In this document: in pieces, positions 1 to 10,948 of the stretch
Numbering within the stretch: the stretch's first letter is position 1
Layout: each line of letters begins with the position of its first letter
Origin: Rebecca billardiae RCC1528
Lineage: Eukaryota > Protista > Haptophyta
Assembly: GCA_965240325.2 (NCBI GenBank)
Contig: OZ251222.1
Coordinates: 4,092,001 to 4,156,000, forward strand
Length of the DNA stretch: 64,000 nt
Direction of reading: 5' to 3'
Notes under the pieces: model-generated
Databases searched by the model: none
What the model was told of the DNA's origin: nothing
Seen by the model: only the letters and a program-made list of their open reading frames with translations
Made by a program: the position numbers and the translations under genes

Positions 1-629
1 GCCGCCCGAGGGCGGCCCCTCGCCCTTCCTGCGCGAGGCGACGGTTGCCCGGTACAAGGTGGACGGCGGCGAGAGCTTCGCCTACGGCACCGGCGAGGTG
101 CCCGAGGCCAAAACGGAGTTCACCGCCGTCGACAAGATTCGGGTACGACGCGCGCGCGCGCGCGCGCGCCGTGGCCGGGCGGGCGGCGTCACGTGCCGCG
201 CGCGCGCGCCCCGGCGTGGCGGCGCTTGGCGCTCACCCGTGCACGCGCGCCCGCCCGCCCCTCCGCCATGCCCTCCGCAGACGGCCTTGGCCTGGATGCT
301 GCAGCTTGGGATCTTCGGCATCCTCGCCTACTTTGCGCTGGAGAGCTCGTTCAAGCACACGGAGCCCGTCGCGACTGTCGCGCTCGCAGCGTTTGCGGTG
401 CGTGCGAGCGCGCCATTGCGCGGAGCGGAGCCAGTGACGCGCGTGAGCGTGAGCGAGGGCGCGCGCGCGGCCGTCCACCGTCGGCTCACAAACGGAACGG
501 TCGCCTCGCGCCCCGCCACCCACCGCGCAGGTCGCCACCTTCGCGACCTTTGTGGTCGAGGAGCCCATCGTCATCCTGCTCTTCGCAGGCATTTCGCACA
601 TGGCCGCTGACGTCGCAGGCGGCATATGA
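1..629 (+). CDS. 3' part of a spliced gene encoding a membrane protein (5' end outside window); introns 143-280 and 398-530
   Basis: GT..GCAG introns rich in (CG)n; splicing gives hydrophobic segments TALAWMLQLGIFGILAYFAL and VATFATFVVEEPIVILLFAGI ending at TGA 627-629. Confidence 0.65.
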
Positions 630-1175
630 TCCGCGTCGGATCATATGGGACATGCCGCCGGTCGACATCATGTCTTATTCATGACATGCCGCCATCGGAA
701 GCCAGCACACTATACAGACTATACTCAGCATGTCACTGCGCATGATGTCACGACTGCTTGCTGTCAGTATCGTCATACTGTAACAGTTACAGTAGCAGTA
801 AGACTTAGTCGCGCGTCAACATGATATGTGTAGTCATGGCGGGGCGGAGTTATATGGCGGGCGGCCGTTAATATTGGAATATATAGTCGCGTAGTAGTGG
901 TCGGCCATTGATGATGCCACTATAACTCGTCTAAGACTACTGCTAGCCACTGCGGACTACCGATGCTCGATACCCGGCGCCCGCCGCTGGCACTCCGCAC
1001 TGCGCCGCGTCGATCGAGTAGGCTCCAGCTCCGCCGGTCCACCCCCCCGGCCCCAGCTCCGTTACGTCTTGGCCCCGAGCCGAAGTCAATCAACCAAGCG
1101 AACCATGCAGCGCAGAGTCCCTTCCGACCCCCGATTGATGACTTCGTCAACGAGAAATGCCCGATCTGACCGACC

Positions 1176-1363
1176 ACCTCCCAATGATAGATTCAGACTC
1201 TATTTTTACAACTACTATGTATTTAACCGTCCCTCACAGGCTCACTCAGATCTCAGCACAGTCCGGGGGTGTTCCGGACACTACCTGTGTACATCTGCGA
1301 AAATGGCTTCCGGACTAGCTGGGTATTTCGTTAGAGAAAATAGAGTCTGAACCTATGGGAGGT
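1176..1363. mobile_element. MITE-like element, ~190 bp, with ~27-bp imperfect terminal inverted repeats
   Basis: ACCTCCC(aatg)ATAGaTTCAGACTCTATTTT at left vs AAAATAGAGTCTGAAcCTATGGGAGGT at 1337-1363; AT-rich, non-coding; no clear TSD. Confidence 0.6.
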
Positions 1364-1973
1364 TTGGCTGATGATCCATCTCAATCTGGCCATAATATTT
1401 TCAAATATATATCGTCCAAGGGACCGGCCTGGGATGGCCTCTAGGAGCTATGATTGTAAATCACCAGAGGCGGCGATCCCGCCTATTGCCGTGTCAAGAT
1501 CGGTAACGCTCCAGTGACCGGACTGGGGGGGGGGGGGGCTGAACTTGAAGCCGGAGCTTCGAGTCCGGTTCGGCTGCGGCAGTGCTGCAGACCTGACTGA
1601 GACCCATGCCATCGTCAACTGATGAATAGTATGCGGCGCGCGAGGCCTATTATTCGCTCACTGTACTGGCGGACGAGAGTCTAATCATCACTGCATATGC
1701 TACATCCTACTATATCATCATCAACATTACCCAGTCGATCTCGCACGACATGCACCGTAGTTGGCGGATATCCAGTGCGACTCACCGTGCGATCCTATCG
1801 TCCCGCCATTGACTCCGAGCCATTGACGCGCGACGCCTCGACCCGCGGCGCTCTGCCTCTTGGATTCAGAGTGGGCTCGTGGTCCACAAGGACGGCCGCC
1901 ACCACTGCAGTGGCGCAGTGACACATTATTCATCACATTGCATCAGCAAGTCAGATGTCATCGTCATCAGTCA

Positions 1974-2879
1974 TCACCTGCTCGGGAGCTTGGGCTTGGT
2001 GGTCTGCCTGGCGAACATGTCTGGAAGGCGGACAACTCTCCCCAGCGAGTCACGCGGGGACTTCTTGACGGCATACGCTGGCATGTGGCCCTTCTGCATG
2101 GCCTTGATCGACTCCATGCAGTACCCCTTCGGGAGCTCGCCCGGAGTCGTGCCGTACTTGACGTGGATATTGGAGCCAAACTGCTGAGAGAGGTTGGTGC
2201 GGCGGTACAGCTCCTCGACGCGCTCGAGGTCGTACATCTGGCAGTCGACGTACTCGAAGGCCTCGAGCCCGTGCACGGGCGCCGCGCCGCGCATCGCGCT
2301 GAACTGGTTGATGGACGCCTGCAGGCCGCAGCATTGCCTCAGGATCACCCAGTAGCGCACGTTGGCGTGCAACGCTCGGAGCTGTGAGTCCTGCAGCCCG
2401 AAAAGGCTGGCGTACGTGTACAGCTCGTGCTCCCAGCCTTGCCGCACAAAGCGGTAGTACTGCTGCACGTGCACGATAGGAAGCTCCACCAACCCCTGCG
2501 ACTCGTGCCACATCTTCGTGCGCAACGCGAGAAAGAGCGCGCCTCTGCTAGCGTCAACGTGTGTCAGGTTGGGACCGCGGTGCGTTTTGACCACGTGGAC
2601 CAGCCCGGGGTCCAGACGGCTCCAGACGGTGTCATTGAAGCGGCGCTGGTAGTGCGTTTGCACCAGCCCTGCACCGTGGATCAACTGAGCCATCCGAATC
2701 AGCACGTAGTACTGGAACGTCGAGGCACATCGCTCCTCGCCGTACGCGACGAGGACAAAAGCCCGGCGTAGCGATGCTGGCTGGACGGTGCGAACAAGCT
2801 TGGCCGTATTCCGATACCTGGGGGCGTGTGCGACCCCAGCGGCCAGCGTGATGAGCGCCGCAACCCCAAGGAAGCGCAT
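1974..2879 (-). CDS. Secreted/Golgi protein, probable divergent sulfotransferase fold
   Basis: 301-aa ORF, N-terminal signal peptide, YGEERCASTFQY resembles a PAPS loop, VVKTH motif. Confidence 0.55.
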   Translation of the reverse strand: MRFLGVAALITLAAGVAHAPRYRNTAKLVRTVQPASLRRAFVLVAYGEERCASTFQYYVLIRMAQLIHGAGLVQTHYQRRFNDTVWSRLDPGLVHVVKTHRGPNLTHVDASRGALFLALRTKMWHESQGLVELPIVHVQQYYRFVRQGWEHELYTYASLFGLQDSQLRALHANVRYWVILRQCCGLQASINQFSAMRGAAPVHGLEAFEYVDCQMYDLERVEELYRRTNLSQQFGSNIHVKYGTTPGELPKGYCMESIKAMQKGHMPAYAVKKSPRDSLGRVVRLPDMFARQTTKPKLPSR

Positions 2880-3007
2880 CGGTCGCGCGCCCGTGGGCAG
2901 GTAAGAGCACAGAGGACTATGGCCGCCTCACGGGAGGTCCGCCCCCATGCATCGCGATTCCGCGGGGATCACCGATCATCCCAGACCCACTTCCTCCGGA
3001 CTCCACG

Positions 3008-3904
3008 ATGGCGGGGGCGGCGGAATTGCCCCCCGGGAGGCTTGTCGCCCGAGCCATCGTCAATGTGGCGTCCGCCGGTCGCGGTGGGCTGCCTAGGGTG
3101 GAGCGGCTGCTCCAAGGGATCGACGCGCGCTGGGAGACGGCAAAGGCCATCCGCCAGTCGACGCACAGCTTCGATGCCCGCGCCAACGCGGTCACGTGCA
3201 ATGGATCAGCACTTCATCTTGCGCACTCGACCGACATGTCACGCGAGGAGCTCGTCGAGGCAGCTGAGGCGTACGGTGAGATGCTAGATGGTGAGCTCAG
3301 GGCGCCTCTGTGCGTGCCAACGGCCCGTTTGAGCCTGCCATGGGCAGCGATGACCGCATATGTCACACCACTCTTCATCGCCATGGGTTTGCCGCTGGGC
3401 GCGGTTGGCGCGGCGATGCTGGATTGGACCGGCGTGGGGTTGCACCGCGGCATCGTGCAGGTTTTTACTGGTCTCTATGCAGACGCGACAACCGTTGAGG
3501 TTGGCCCGGTGGGCGGCTACTTTGCCAAGCTGGCATTCATCACGGCGCTCCTACGGTGTGCGAATGTAGTTGGACCACTACACGTGGTGCCACCGGATGG
3601 GGCCTGGGAGGAGGAGATGCAGTCCTCCATGCCCAGGCTCGAGGCTGCGCTCGGGCACTTGTGTGGCAGCATACCTGGAGTGACGACGGTCCCAGGAACG
3701 AGCGCACCGGATGCACTCGTGTTTGCTCCGGGCGCCTTTGGCACACCGATGCTGCGGCACGCCAAGCACCTGCGCGGCCTGAAAGTGCTCGGAGGAGGGG
3801 TACGCCGGCACGAGTTCGACGTGACGCATCTTCAACGCGTTCGTCGATTCGCGCACGTCGTGTGGACCGTGTGGCAGCTTCGCGTCGAGACTGCGCTCGC
3901 GTGA
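3008..3904 (+). CDS. Hypothetical protein
   Basis: 298-aa ATG ORF with globular composition, divergent from 1974-2879. Confidence 0.6.
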   Translation: MAGAAELPPGRLVARAIVNVASAGRGGLPRVERLLQGIDARWETAKAIRQSTHSFDARANAVTCNGSALHLAHSTDMSREELVEAAEAYGEMLDGELRAPLCVPTARLSLPWAAMTAYVTPLFIAMGLPLGAVGAAMLDWTGVGLHRGIVQVFTGLYADATTVEVGPVGGYFAKLAFITALLRCANVVGPLHVVPPDGAWEEEMQSSMPRLEAALGHLCGSIPGVTTVPGTSAPDALVFAPGAFGTPMLRHAKHLRGLKVLGGGVRRHEFDVTHLQRVRRFAHVVWTVWQLRVETALA

Positions 3905-4153
3905 TCGCTTGGGCGCGCGCGCGACGCCATCCTGGGGATGGACCGATGAGTACTTAGCTGCTTGATTTCGTTCGTCTAAATAATCGTCTCTCGGACCAAA
4001 TCTTCATCCGGTGAGGAATCCGGTGCGCCCAAGCGCCAGCCTACAGACGCAAACGGGTACGCGGCGGCTCGACACTTATCGCTATTCATTAGCGAAATAC
4101 GCGCGCTGCTTCGACACTGCACGCGTGGCAGCGGTCGTCACGCAGTCGTCAGC

Positions 4154-4924
4154 ATGATTCCTGCCGTGCTCGCCCTGTCCGCAGCCTTCGCGCCGACGGC
4201 GCTTCGCGCCCCGGTGTCGCGCGTCACCTCGAGCGCGCTGCGTATGGCAGACGACAAGGTTGTCGTCAAGGAGTACTTCAACAATGAGGGCTTCGACCGG
4301 TGGAGCCGCATCTACAGTGATGACGGCGAGGTGAACAAGGTGCAGCTCGACATCCGCGACGGCCATCAGCAGACGGTGGACAAGATCCTGAAGTGGATCG
4401 ACGACGACGCTGATCTGAGTGGAAAGACTGTTTGCGATGCTGGCTGTGGCGTCGGCTCGCTGGCCCTGCCGCTGGCGCAGCGCGGTGCAAAGGTTGACGC
4501 GTCTGACATCAGCGAGGCGATGGTGAACGAGGCGACGCGGCGAGCGGCGACGGGCAACTTCGATACGATGCCAAAGTTCACGACGTCGGACCTCTCGGCG
4601 CTCAAGGGCAAGTACGACACGGTCACGTGCGTGGATGTCATGATTCACTACCCGACGGACGAGATGGCCGGGATGGTGAAGCATCTTGCGTCGCTCGCCG
4701 ACAGGCGGCTCATCATCTCGTTTGCGCCGAAGACCTGGTACTACGACCTGCTCAAGAAGGTCGGCGAGCTGTTCCCGGGCCCTTCCAAGACTACACGCGC
4801 GTACCTGCATCCGGAGGAGGACGTGGTCACCGCGCTGCGCGAGGCAGGGTTCGAGCTCCGCCGCACGGAGATGACGGGCACGAACTTCTACTTCTCGCGC
4901 CTCCTCGAGGCGGTGCGCGCGTAG
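4154..4924 (+). CDS. chlM: Mg-protoporphyrin IX O-methyltransferase, plastid-targeted
   Basis: YFNNEGFDRWSRIY, VQLDIRDGHQQTV, DAGCGVGSL SAM motif, GELFPGPSKTTRAYLH, FYFSRLLEA; bipartite presequence with AAFAP. Confidence 0.96.
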   Translation: MIPAVLALSAAFAPTALRAPVSRVTSSALRMADDKVVVKEYFNNEGFDRWSRIYSDDGEVNKVQLDIRDGHQQTVDKILKWIDDDADLSGKTVCDAGCGVGSLALPLAQRGAKVDASDISEAMVNEATRRAATGNFDTMPKFTTSDLSALKGKYDTVTCVDVMIHYPTDEMAGMVKHLASLADRRLIISFAPKTWYYDLLKKVGELFPGPSKTTRAYLHPEEDVVTALREAGFELRRTEMTGTNFYFSRLLEAVRA

Positions 4925-5370
4925 GTCTGGAGGCGGTTTGGTGATTGGTGACACCGACATGCCTCGCTGCTCCTGCTTCATGTGCGGCTCCCTGTTGGGG
5001 ATCGCGGGGCGTGCTGTACTGATGGAGGGACATTTGGGGAGATGCACACATCGTGATCATGTTACCGCACGACTTACACGGAAAGTGCGCAGCATGATCA
5101 GATGATGATGAGATTGATGAGTCAGGTATGATGATTGATATTTGATGTATATTATTATAAGATAACGGTTAATAATATAACGTCTGTGACAGATGTAACG
5201 GCCAGTGTGAGTCCAGTGACGAATACACGAATGACCGATGTATATAAGTGTAACGACGCATATCAGGTCAGCAAGTCGATGATCAATCATGATCATGATG
5301 ATGATGATGATGCATGCGCGCAATATGCGGCATGTTGGGCCGCGCGCGTGTTGCTGACTCATAGACACAC

Positions 5371-5623
<253 letters not shown>

Positions 5624-5851
5624 TAGGATTTAATTCACCTGTTGCACTTGTTGCATTGGCTGATGATTAATAGTCCGACGTAACTCATGCAGCCGAAGTC
5701 GTCCGATCAATCGGCGCCCGCCACGGGCTCCGCGCACCCAGTCGGCGGCGCGTATAGCGGACGATCTGCCACCGATCCGCCCGCCCCCGCGGCTGGCCGC
5801 CGTCGGAGTCACGCCGCACGCGCCGACGCAGCCCGGCCATGGGCATGTAGC

Positions 5852-6754
5852 TCAGGTGTATGCAATGTCCCGCTGCACGGTCCGCTTCGGACACGTGCCA
5901 TCCAGCATGCACACTTCGCACCCCGACGATCGGCGGCACGTCGCGCGCACCTCCTCGTGCTGGCTCGCGGGGATGTACTCCAAGGGTGGCTTCGTGTGCC
6001 ACCTCGTCGCGGAGTCCAGATGGTACTCCCAACCTGAGCCAACCAATGATTGCCTGGACTTATCCCAGCGAACCCCCTCGCCAAGGTTGAGGAATCGGAA
6101 GATGTCCACGAACGCGGAAGGGTCGTCGAGAAGCAGCTCGTAGGTGACCGACATAGCCGGGATTCTCAGCTGGCGGCACTTTTCAAAGAGCTTGCCAGTC
6201 TCTGCCAGCACCTTGCTCGCTGTCGCAATCCGCGCGCCGATACTGGCGCGCAACATCCTGCGCCCGGCGGGCTGCTGGACGGGTGGAGGAGCCTGCTTTG
6301 CGCCTGACTTGGCGATAGCCATGGCGATGATGTTAGTCCGCTTGAGAATGATCAGCTTCACGCGCCTTCGCCTCAAGTCGTTTGCGTAGTGCTCGAGTCG
6401 GTTCCACCCATGGCTGTTGTGCCATGTGAATCCACGCGCACGAGTAGCGGCAATACGCCGGTCAAAGTCGTCAAGGGAGGCGTTTCGACGGCGACCCAGC
6501 AACGAGCGCATGCACTGCTCTTCCATCTTCGATGGCAGCTGCCCTAAGCTCTGCGCCCACGGGCGCAGCCCCCAGAAGCGATCCAGGTGGGGCATGACGC
6601 CCAGATGGCGATGCAGTGGACCGCACCATTTGGTCGGATTTGGGTTGAGGATCTCGTCGTAGAAGGCTACAAGCGGATGCGCGCTGACTGTCATCATCAC
6701 AAAGTGCGTCCCAGAGTGCGGGTACGAAGCCATCGCGAAGAGCGTGGCATTCAT
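5852..6754 (-). CDS. Sulfotransferase-family protein (Stf0/sulfotransfer-like)
   Basis: ASYPHSGTHFV PAPS loop, HP...EILNP, IILKRTN, VTYELLLDDP motifs. Confidence 0.75.
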   Translation of the reverse strand: MNATLFAMASYPHSGTHFVMMTVSAHPLVAFYDEILNPNPTKWCGPLHRHLGVMPHLDRFWGLRPWAQSLGQLPSKMEEQCMRSLLGRRRNASLDDFDRRIAATRARGFTWHNSHGWNRLEHYANDLRRRRVKLIILKRTNIIAMAIAKSGAKQAPPPVQQPAGRRMLRASIGARIATASKVLAETGKLFEKCRQLRIPAMSVTYELLLDDPSAFVDIFRFLNLGEGVRWDKSRQSLVGSGWEYHLDSATRWHTKPPLEYIPASQHEEVRATCRRSSGCEVCMLDGTCPKRTVQRDIAYT

Positions 6755-6873
6755 GCTGCCCTTCTTGATGCACCCCTGCGCCTGGGTCCGGACCAGATCT
6801 CTCCCGGAGTCCCAGTCCTTGTTGGGATCAACGGAAACTTGCCGGCTGGAAGGCTTGCGACCGCGTGAAAGCC

Positions 6874-8031
6874 ATGGCGGCCGCCACGTGTCTGATGCAT
6901 TTGGTGGCCATCATAACCTCTGCGACGACGACGCCCACGAGAGGACCGCATCCACGCCTCAGGAATCTAGGCCCAGCCCGTCCTGGTGCATCGCGCTGCC
7001 AGCACTGCAACTGCGAGGTGAAGAATCTCGCGCGTCACTACAAGTTGTGCCCAAAGCTGCGCGAAATCGAGGAGATGCAGGCACTGCCCTTCTATCGGGC
7101 GAACTGCAACCTCGGTGCGAGCGAGGTGACGGCAGTGGGCGCTGCGGACCTGCTTCCCATTGACCCTGCATTCGTTGAGCGCGTGCGTCTTGCGCACTCC
7201 CAGGTAGTGGAGCCCGCGTGTAAGGACACATCTCTTGTGCTCGATGGGATGGGCGATCTCGAATCGGCAAGCGTACGGGAGGCCGAGCGCCAGCGGCATC
7301 TTGCGCAGTGCGCCTCCATCGTATCGCAGCTCGAAGCTCTCGACGCGATCGGCCGGGGCCACGCGCACTTCGAGCTCGGGGCTGGAAGCGCTGGCGTCGC
7401 CCTCGCCCTGGCGTCCACCGTGCGATTCGGGCAAGGCGGCGACTCCATCGTACTGCTGGATCAATTCATGCCGCGGAAGAAGGCCGATAAGCACCTGCGC
7501 GAGATGGGCGCGCCGTTCGAGCGGTACAAGATCGGCCTCGAGCACCTGGATCTCACGGCACTACGGGCACACTGCGGTGCACAGCGCCCAGTGAGCGTGG
7601 TTGGCAAGCATCTGTGCGGGGTTGCATCCGACTTTGCTGTTCGCGCAGTGGCAGGCACGGCCGGGCGCGTCGATGCGCTGGTGCTCAGCACGTGCTGCCA
7701 CCACAGGTGCTCCTACGGGCCTTACCCCAACCGCGCCTTTCTCGAGTCGATCGGGTTCCACAGCGAGGCTGAATTCCGCGCACTCTGCCGCATGAGCTCC
7801 TGGGCCGTCGACGGTGCGAGCGGTAGCACCTCTGGTGCCCAGTGGGCGGACGGCACCGACCGGCGTGAAGTCGGCAGAATGTGCAAGGCGCTGCTCGATA
7901 CTGGCCGCGTGCGGTATTTGCGTGCTCATGGCTACGCCTGCTGGCGTGCCGAGTACATCGAAGACGCCCTGACACCCGAAAACGTGGTCATCGTCGCACA
8001 CTCGCTTCAAGCAGACAGAAGTTCCAGCTGA
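6874..8031 (+). CDS. TRM13: tRNA:m4X 2'-O-methyltransferase TRM13-like
   Basis: CHHC-type Zn finger, FELGAG, GKHLCGVASD, TCCHHRC, ALCRMSSWA, G..CK.LLD.GR..YL, TPENV; first ATG 6874. Confidence 0.9.
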   Translation: MAAATCLMHLVAIITSATTTPTRGPHPRLRNLGPARPGASRCQHCNCEVKNLARHYKLCPKLREIEEMQALPFYRANCNLGASEVTAVGAADLLPIDPAFVERVRLAHSQVVEPACKDTSLVLDGMGDLESASVREAERQRHLAQCASIVSQLEALDAIGRGHAHFELGAGSAGVALALASTVRFGQGGDSIVLLDQFMPRKKADKHLREMGAPFERYKIGLEHLDLTALRAHCGAQRPVSVVGKHLCGVASDFAVRAVAGTAGRVDALVLSTCCHHRCSYGPYPNRAFLESIGFHSEAEFRALCRMSSWAVDGASGSTSGAQWADGTDRREVGRMCKALLDTGRVRYLRAHGYACWRAEYIEDALTPENVVIVAHSLQADRSSS

Positions 8032-8051
8032 CTGTGACAGCGGCAGCAGGT

Positions 8052-8172
8052 GTGAGGTGACTCAGGTGACGTGAGCGGTGAGGTGTCGTCGTCATTATTA
8101 GACTCTTGCTCGCCTCAACTCTTGGTTGAGGCGGACGACACCTCACCGCTCACGTCACCTGAGTCACCTCAC
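8052..8172. repeat. Perfect 39-bp inverted repeat (8052-8090 / 8134-8172) with inner 9-bp hairpin (8111-8133)
   Basis: GTGAGGTGACTCAGGTGACGTGAGCGGTGAGGTGTCGTC and its exact reverse complement. Confidence 0.92.
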
Positions 8173-8260
8173 CTCGGCAGCCCACCTTGACTGCCCCCCA
8201 GCCCCGTTTTTGGCCGCACGATTGCGAATCTCAGAGTTACTTGGCCAGTCAATGTTTATA

Positions 8261-9050
8261 GTCCCTCACAAGTTTAAGCCTCCCGACATTGTTCGCCATA
8301 TCAGCGCAGCAAAGCAGCGGCGCGCCACCATACCAGGGGCGTACTTGGCCCACTCCACTGCCGTGCACATGAGGTGCGCCCGGACCCGATTGCTCGAGTC
8401 CTCGCAAATAGGCGTGGCTGTGCATCCTGGGTTGACGTTTGGTACCCGGCGGCCGGCGAGCTCGACTGGCGGCGAGCAGACCTGCCTGCGTGCCGCCGGC
8501 TGTCGGCAGCCTCCGTGCGCTGAGCCGCGCGCCGCGCGGTGCGTGTGCGACGTAGCTCCGCCCACGCCACGCATGCACCCTCGCGCCGCGCCGCCAGCTT
8601 GGCGCTGCCGTCAGCCAGAGCCGATCGAGTGCATGCCCGAGCCTGCTCCGAGAGCATCAATATGGGCTGCGTGTGGCTGCGCGTGCACTTTCGTCGCCTA
8701 ATTTTGCCAGCGTCGAGTTGGCGCGTGGCACGCCCACCGTAGCAGCACGACTCCCGAATGCACAAAAGCCGGGGGTCAGCTGAATTAATGCAGCTCACAC
8801 GACCGCGCTCCACGCCGAAAACCAGCCCGTAGCTGCCCGCCGGCTGGCTCGTGCATGCGCACCGACTGCCGGGCGCATCGACACCGTGGCGCACAGAGCG
8901 CGGGTGCCGCGGCCGGGTGGGTATGTACTGACGCGGCTGGGCCTGGTGCATGCGCGGGCGGATGGGCTCTGCCCGGGTCGGCGCGTAGCGGGCGTGCGGG
9001 CTGAGACAAAGTCGTGCCTGCTGCAGCCGGCAACTAAATTTGTGGGTCCC
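8261..9050 (+). repeat. 790-bp long direct repeat, copy 1 (MITE-like, imperfect TIRs)
   Basis: Matches 16803-17592; ends GTCCCTCACAAGTTTA ... TAAATTTGTGGGTCCC. Confidence 0.95.
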
Positions 9051-9530
9051 TAAGTGAGCAGGTAGTAGAAAAGTCGGAACGAGGGCGAGGGCGACGGCGA
9101 GCGAGGCCGGCGTCGGTCCACATGGGTCGGGGATATTCCCGCCGTGCAGCGATCCCAGCGCGTCGTCCGCCTCCGGCGAGTTGGTGGGGCACAGGAGCCC
9201 ACATCTTGCGCAGAGCAGCTGAGGTTAATCGGACGCTCCCGCGCGGCGGCGGGGCCGGCAGTTGGGGCCTCCACTGGGTTGGACTTGCGCCACGCCGCTT
9301 GTCATAGCTCGACGAGCTCAACCCGTGGCGCCGAGCTCGTGCCCAGCGCACATCCGCGAGGGCGTGCGGCCCCAGCGCACGCGGCGGCTGCGTCGATGGG
9401 GCGCTCGCCATGGACGGAACGAGTTCGAATAGAGGCCACACCGCTTCGTCAGCTGTAAGATCAACTTTGGGCGGCTCGGGACGTAACGTGCACTCATCTT
9501 CGGTCGTGGCCAAGCAGCCGGCGGCGGCTG

Positions 9531-10832
9531 ATGGGCCGCGCGCCGACCGCGCCCAAAGATCGGCGCGGGCGCAAAGGCGCCCACCGCGTCGGCTACGCTC
9601 CGAACAGGCGGGTATCGCGGGAGTGTATTGCTCTGGATTACAACCCGAAGGCCCTGGGCCCTGCGGAGAGGTTTCACCATGCGATCGGCGCGTGCGTGCT
9701 GTGCCTCAATGAAGGCTCTCCGTTGGCCTCAGCTTTCCAGAGGGCGGCGCGGTCGGCCGAGGTCACCGAGAAGACGATGAAGAAGTGGTTCATGGACTGG
9801 CACACGGAGGGCTGGCACATCGATGCTGACGGGAAGCCGAAGCGCGGTCCACGCCCACGCCTCAGTGCCAAGGCGCAGGCGGCGCTTACGTCCGAGCTCA
9901 GCGCCGGGCCGGCTGGTCAGAGTGTGCGGAAGGCTGCGTGCCGCGCCGTCGGTGCTGGATCGCTCGATGCGTCCGCGCTCGACGTCTCCGACGAGACGCT
10001 ACGCCGCGCGGCGCGGAAGAAGATGGATTGGGAGCCGCTCAAGGTGAGGAAGCAGATCACGGCTCAGCAGGCGAAGAAGCGGGTGGCGTTCGCACGGTGG
10101 CTGCAGAGAGTCAAGGCGATGGTTGACAGGCTGTTCTTCACCGACTCGAAGTACTTCAAGTTCGACGTCACGAACCGGAGCACGGTGATGTCGTGGACGC
10201 TGCGTGACGAGCCCAAGCGCAAGCTGAACCAGGTCCAGGCAGGTGACTGCGTGATCCATGGCTACGCCGGCGCCTGCTCTCGCGGCATCACGCCGCTCTA
10301 TTTTGCCACGGGCACTCACGGCCGCACGCATGAGAATGGTCGCGGCAAGCAGTGCCGTGGCGTGTGCTGGAAGGAGTACCTGAACGACGTGCTGCCTTTC
10401 CTGGACAAGGAGGCCCAGGCGCTCTTCGGCAACTTCATCAGACAGATGATCTTCCAGCAGGACAGTGCCTCACCCCACACGGCGCTGGCTGTGCGCCAAT
10501 GGCTCGACGAGCGGTTTGGCCCCGAGGGACACCTTGGCCCCAAGTCGACCGAGGGTCAGCCGGGCCGTAGCTGGCCGCCGAACAGCGCCGACTTGTCGCT
10601 CATTGAGCATGTCTGGGCGCGCGTGGAGCAGCTTCTCAACGCATGGAAGCACAAGTGGTGCACCGACAACCCGAGCAAGCAGCGGCCAACCTTCAAGGAG
10701 TTCGAGGAGGTGGTGAAGGCTAAGTTCGAGGAGGTACGGAACGACAAGAAGTTCATCCAGGCGCTGTTCAAATCCTATCGGCGTCGGCTGCAGGACTGCG
10801 TCGAGACCAAGGGTGAGCAGCGCGTGCGCTGA
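9531..10832 (+). CDS. IS630/Tc1/mariner superfamily DDE transposase (DD47E)
   Basis: HTH-like N-terminus with GPRPR linker; LFFTDSKYF, IFQQDSASPH, WPPNSADLSLIEHVW; C-terminal LFKSYRRRLQDCVETKG. Confidence 0.93.
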   Translation: MGRAPTAPKDRRGRKGAHRVGYAPNRRVSRECIALDYNPKALGPAERFHHAIGACVLCLNEGSPLASAFQRAARSAEVTEKTMKKWFMDWHTEGWHIDADGKPKRGPRPRLSAKAQAALTSELSAGPAGQSVRKAACRAVGAGSLDASALDVSDETLRRAARKKMDWEPLKVRKQITAQQAKKRVAFARWLQRVKAMVDRLFFTDSKYFKFDVTNRSTVMSWTLRDEPKRKLNQVQAGDCVIHGYAGACSRGITPLYFATGTHGRTHENGRGKQCRGVCWKEYLNDVLPFLDKEAQALFGNFIRQMIFQQDSASPHTALAVRQWLDERFGPEGHLGPKSTEGQPGRSWPPNSADLSLIEHVWARVEQLLNAWKHKWCTDNPSKQRPTFKEFEEVVKAKFEEVRNDKKFIQALFKSYRRRLQDCVETKGEQRVR

Positions 10833-10948
10833 AGAGCAGTGTCGGACAATGATGGTATAGTTTATTAGCTGCTCAGTATAGTAGATCTCGAGTCATATCA
10901 TATCAGCCTATAGGCTATAGCTTACTCTACGTCTAACGTCACGTCTCA

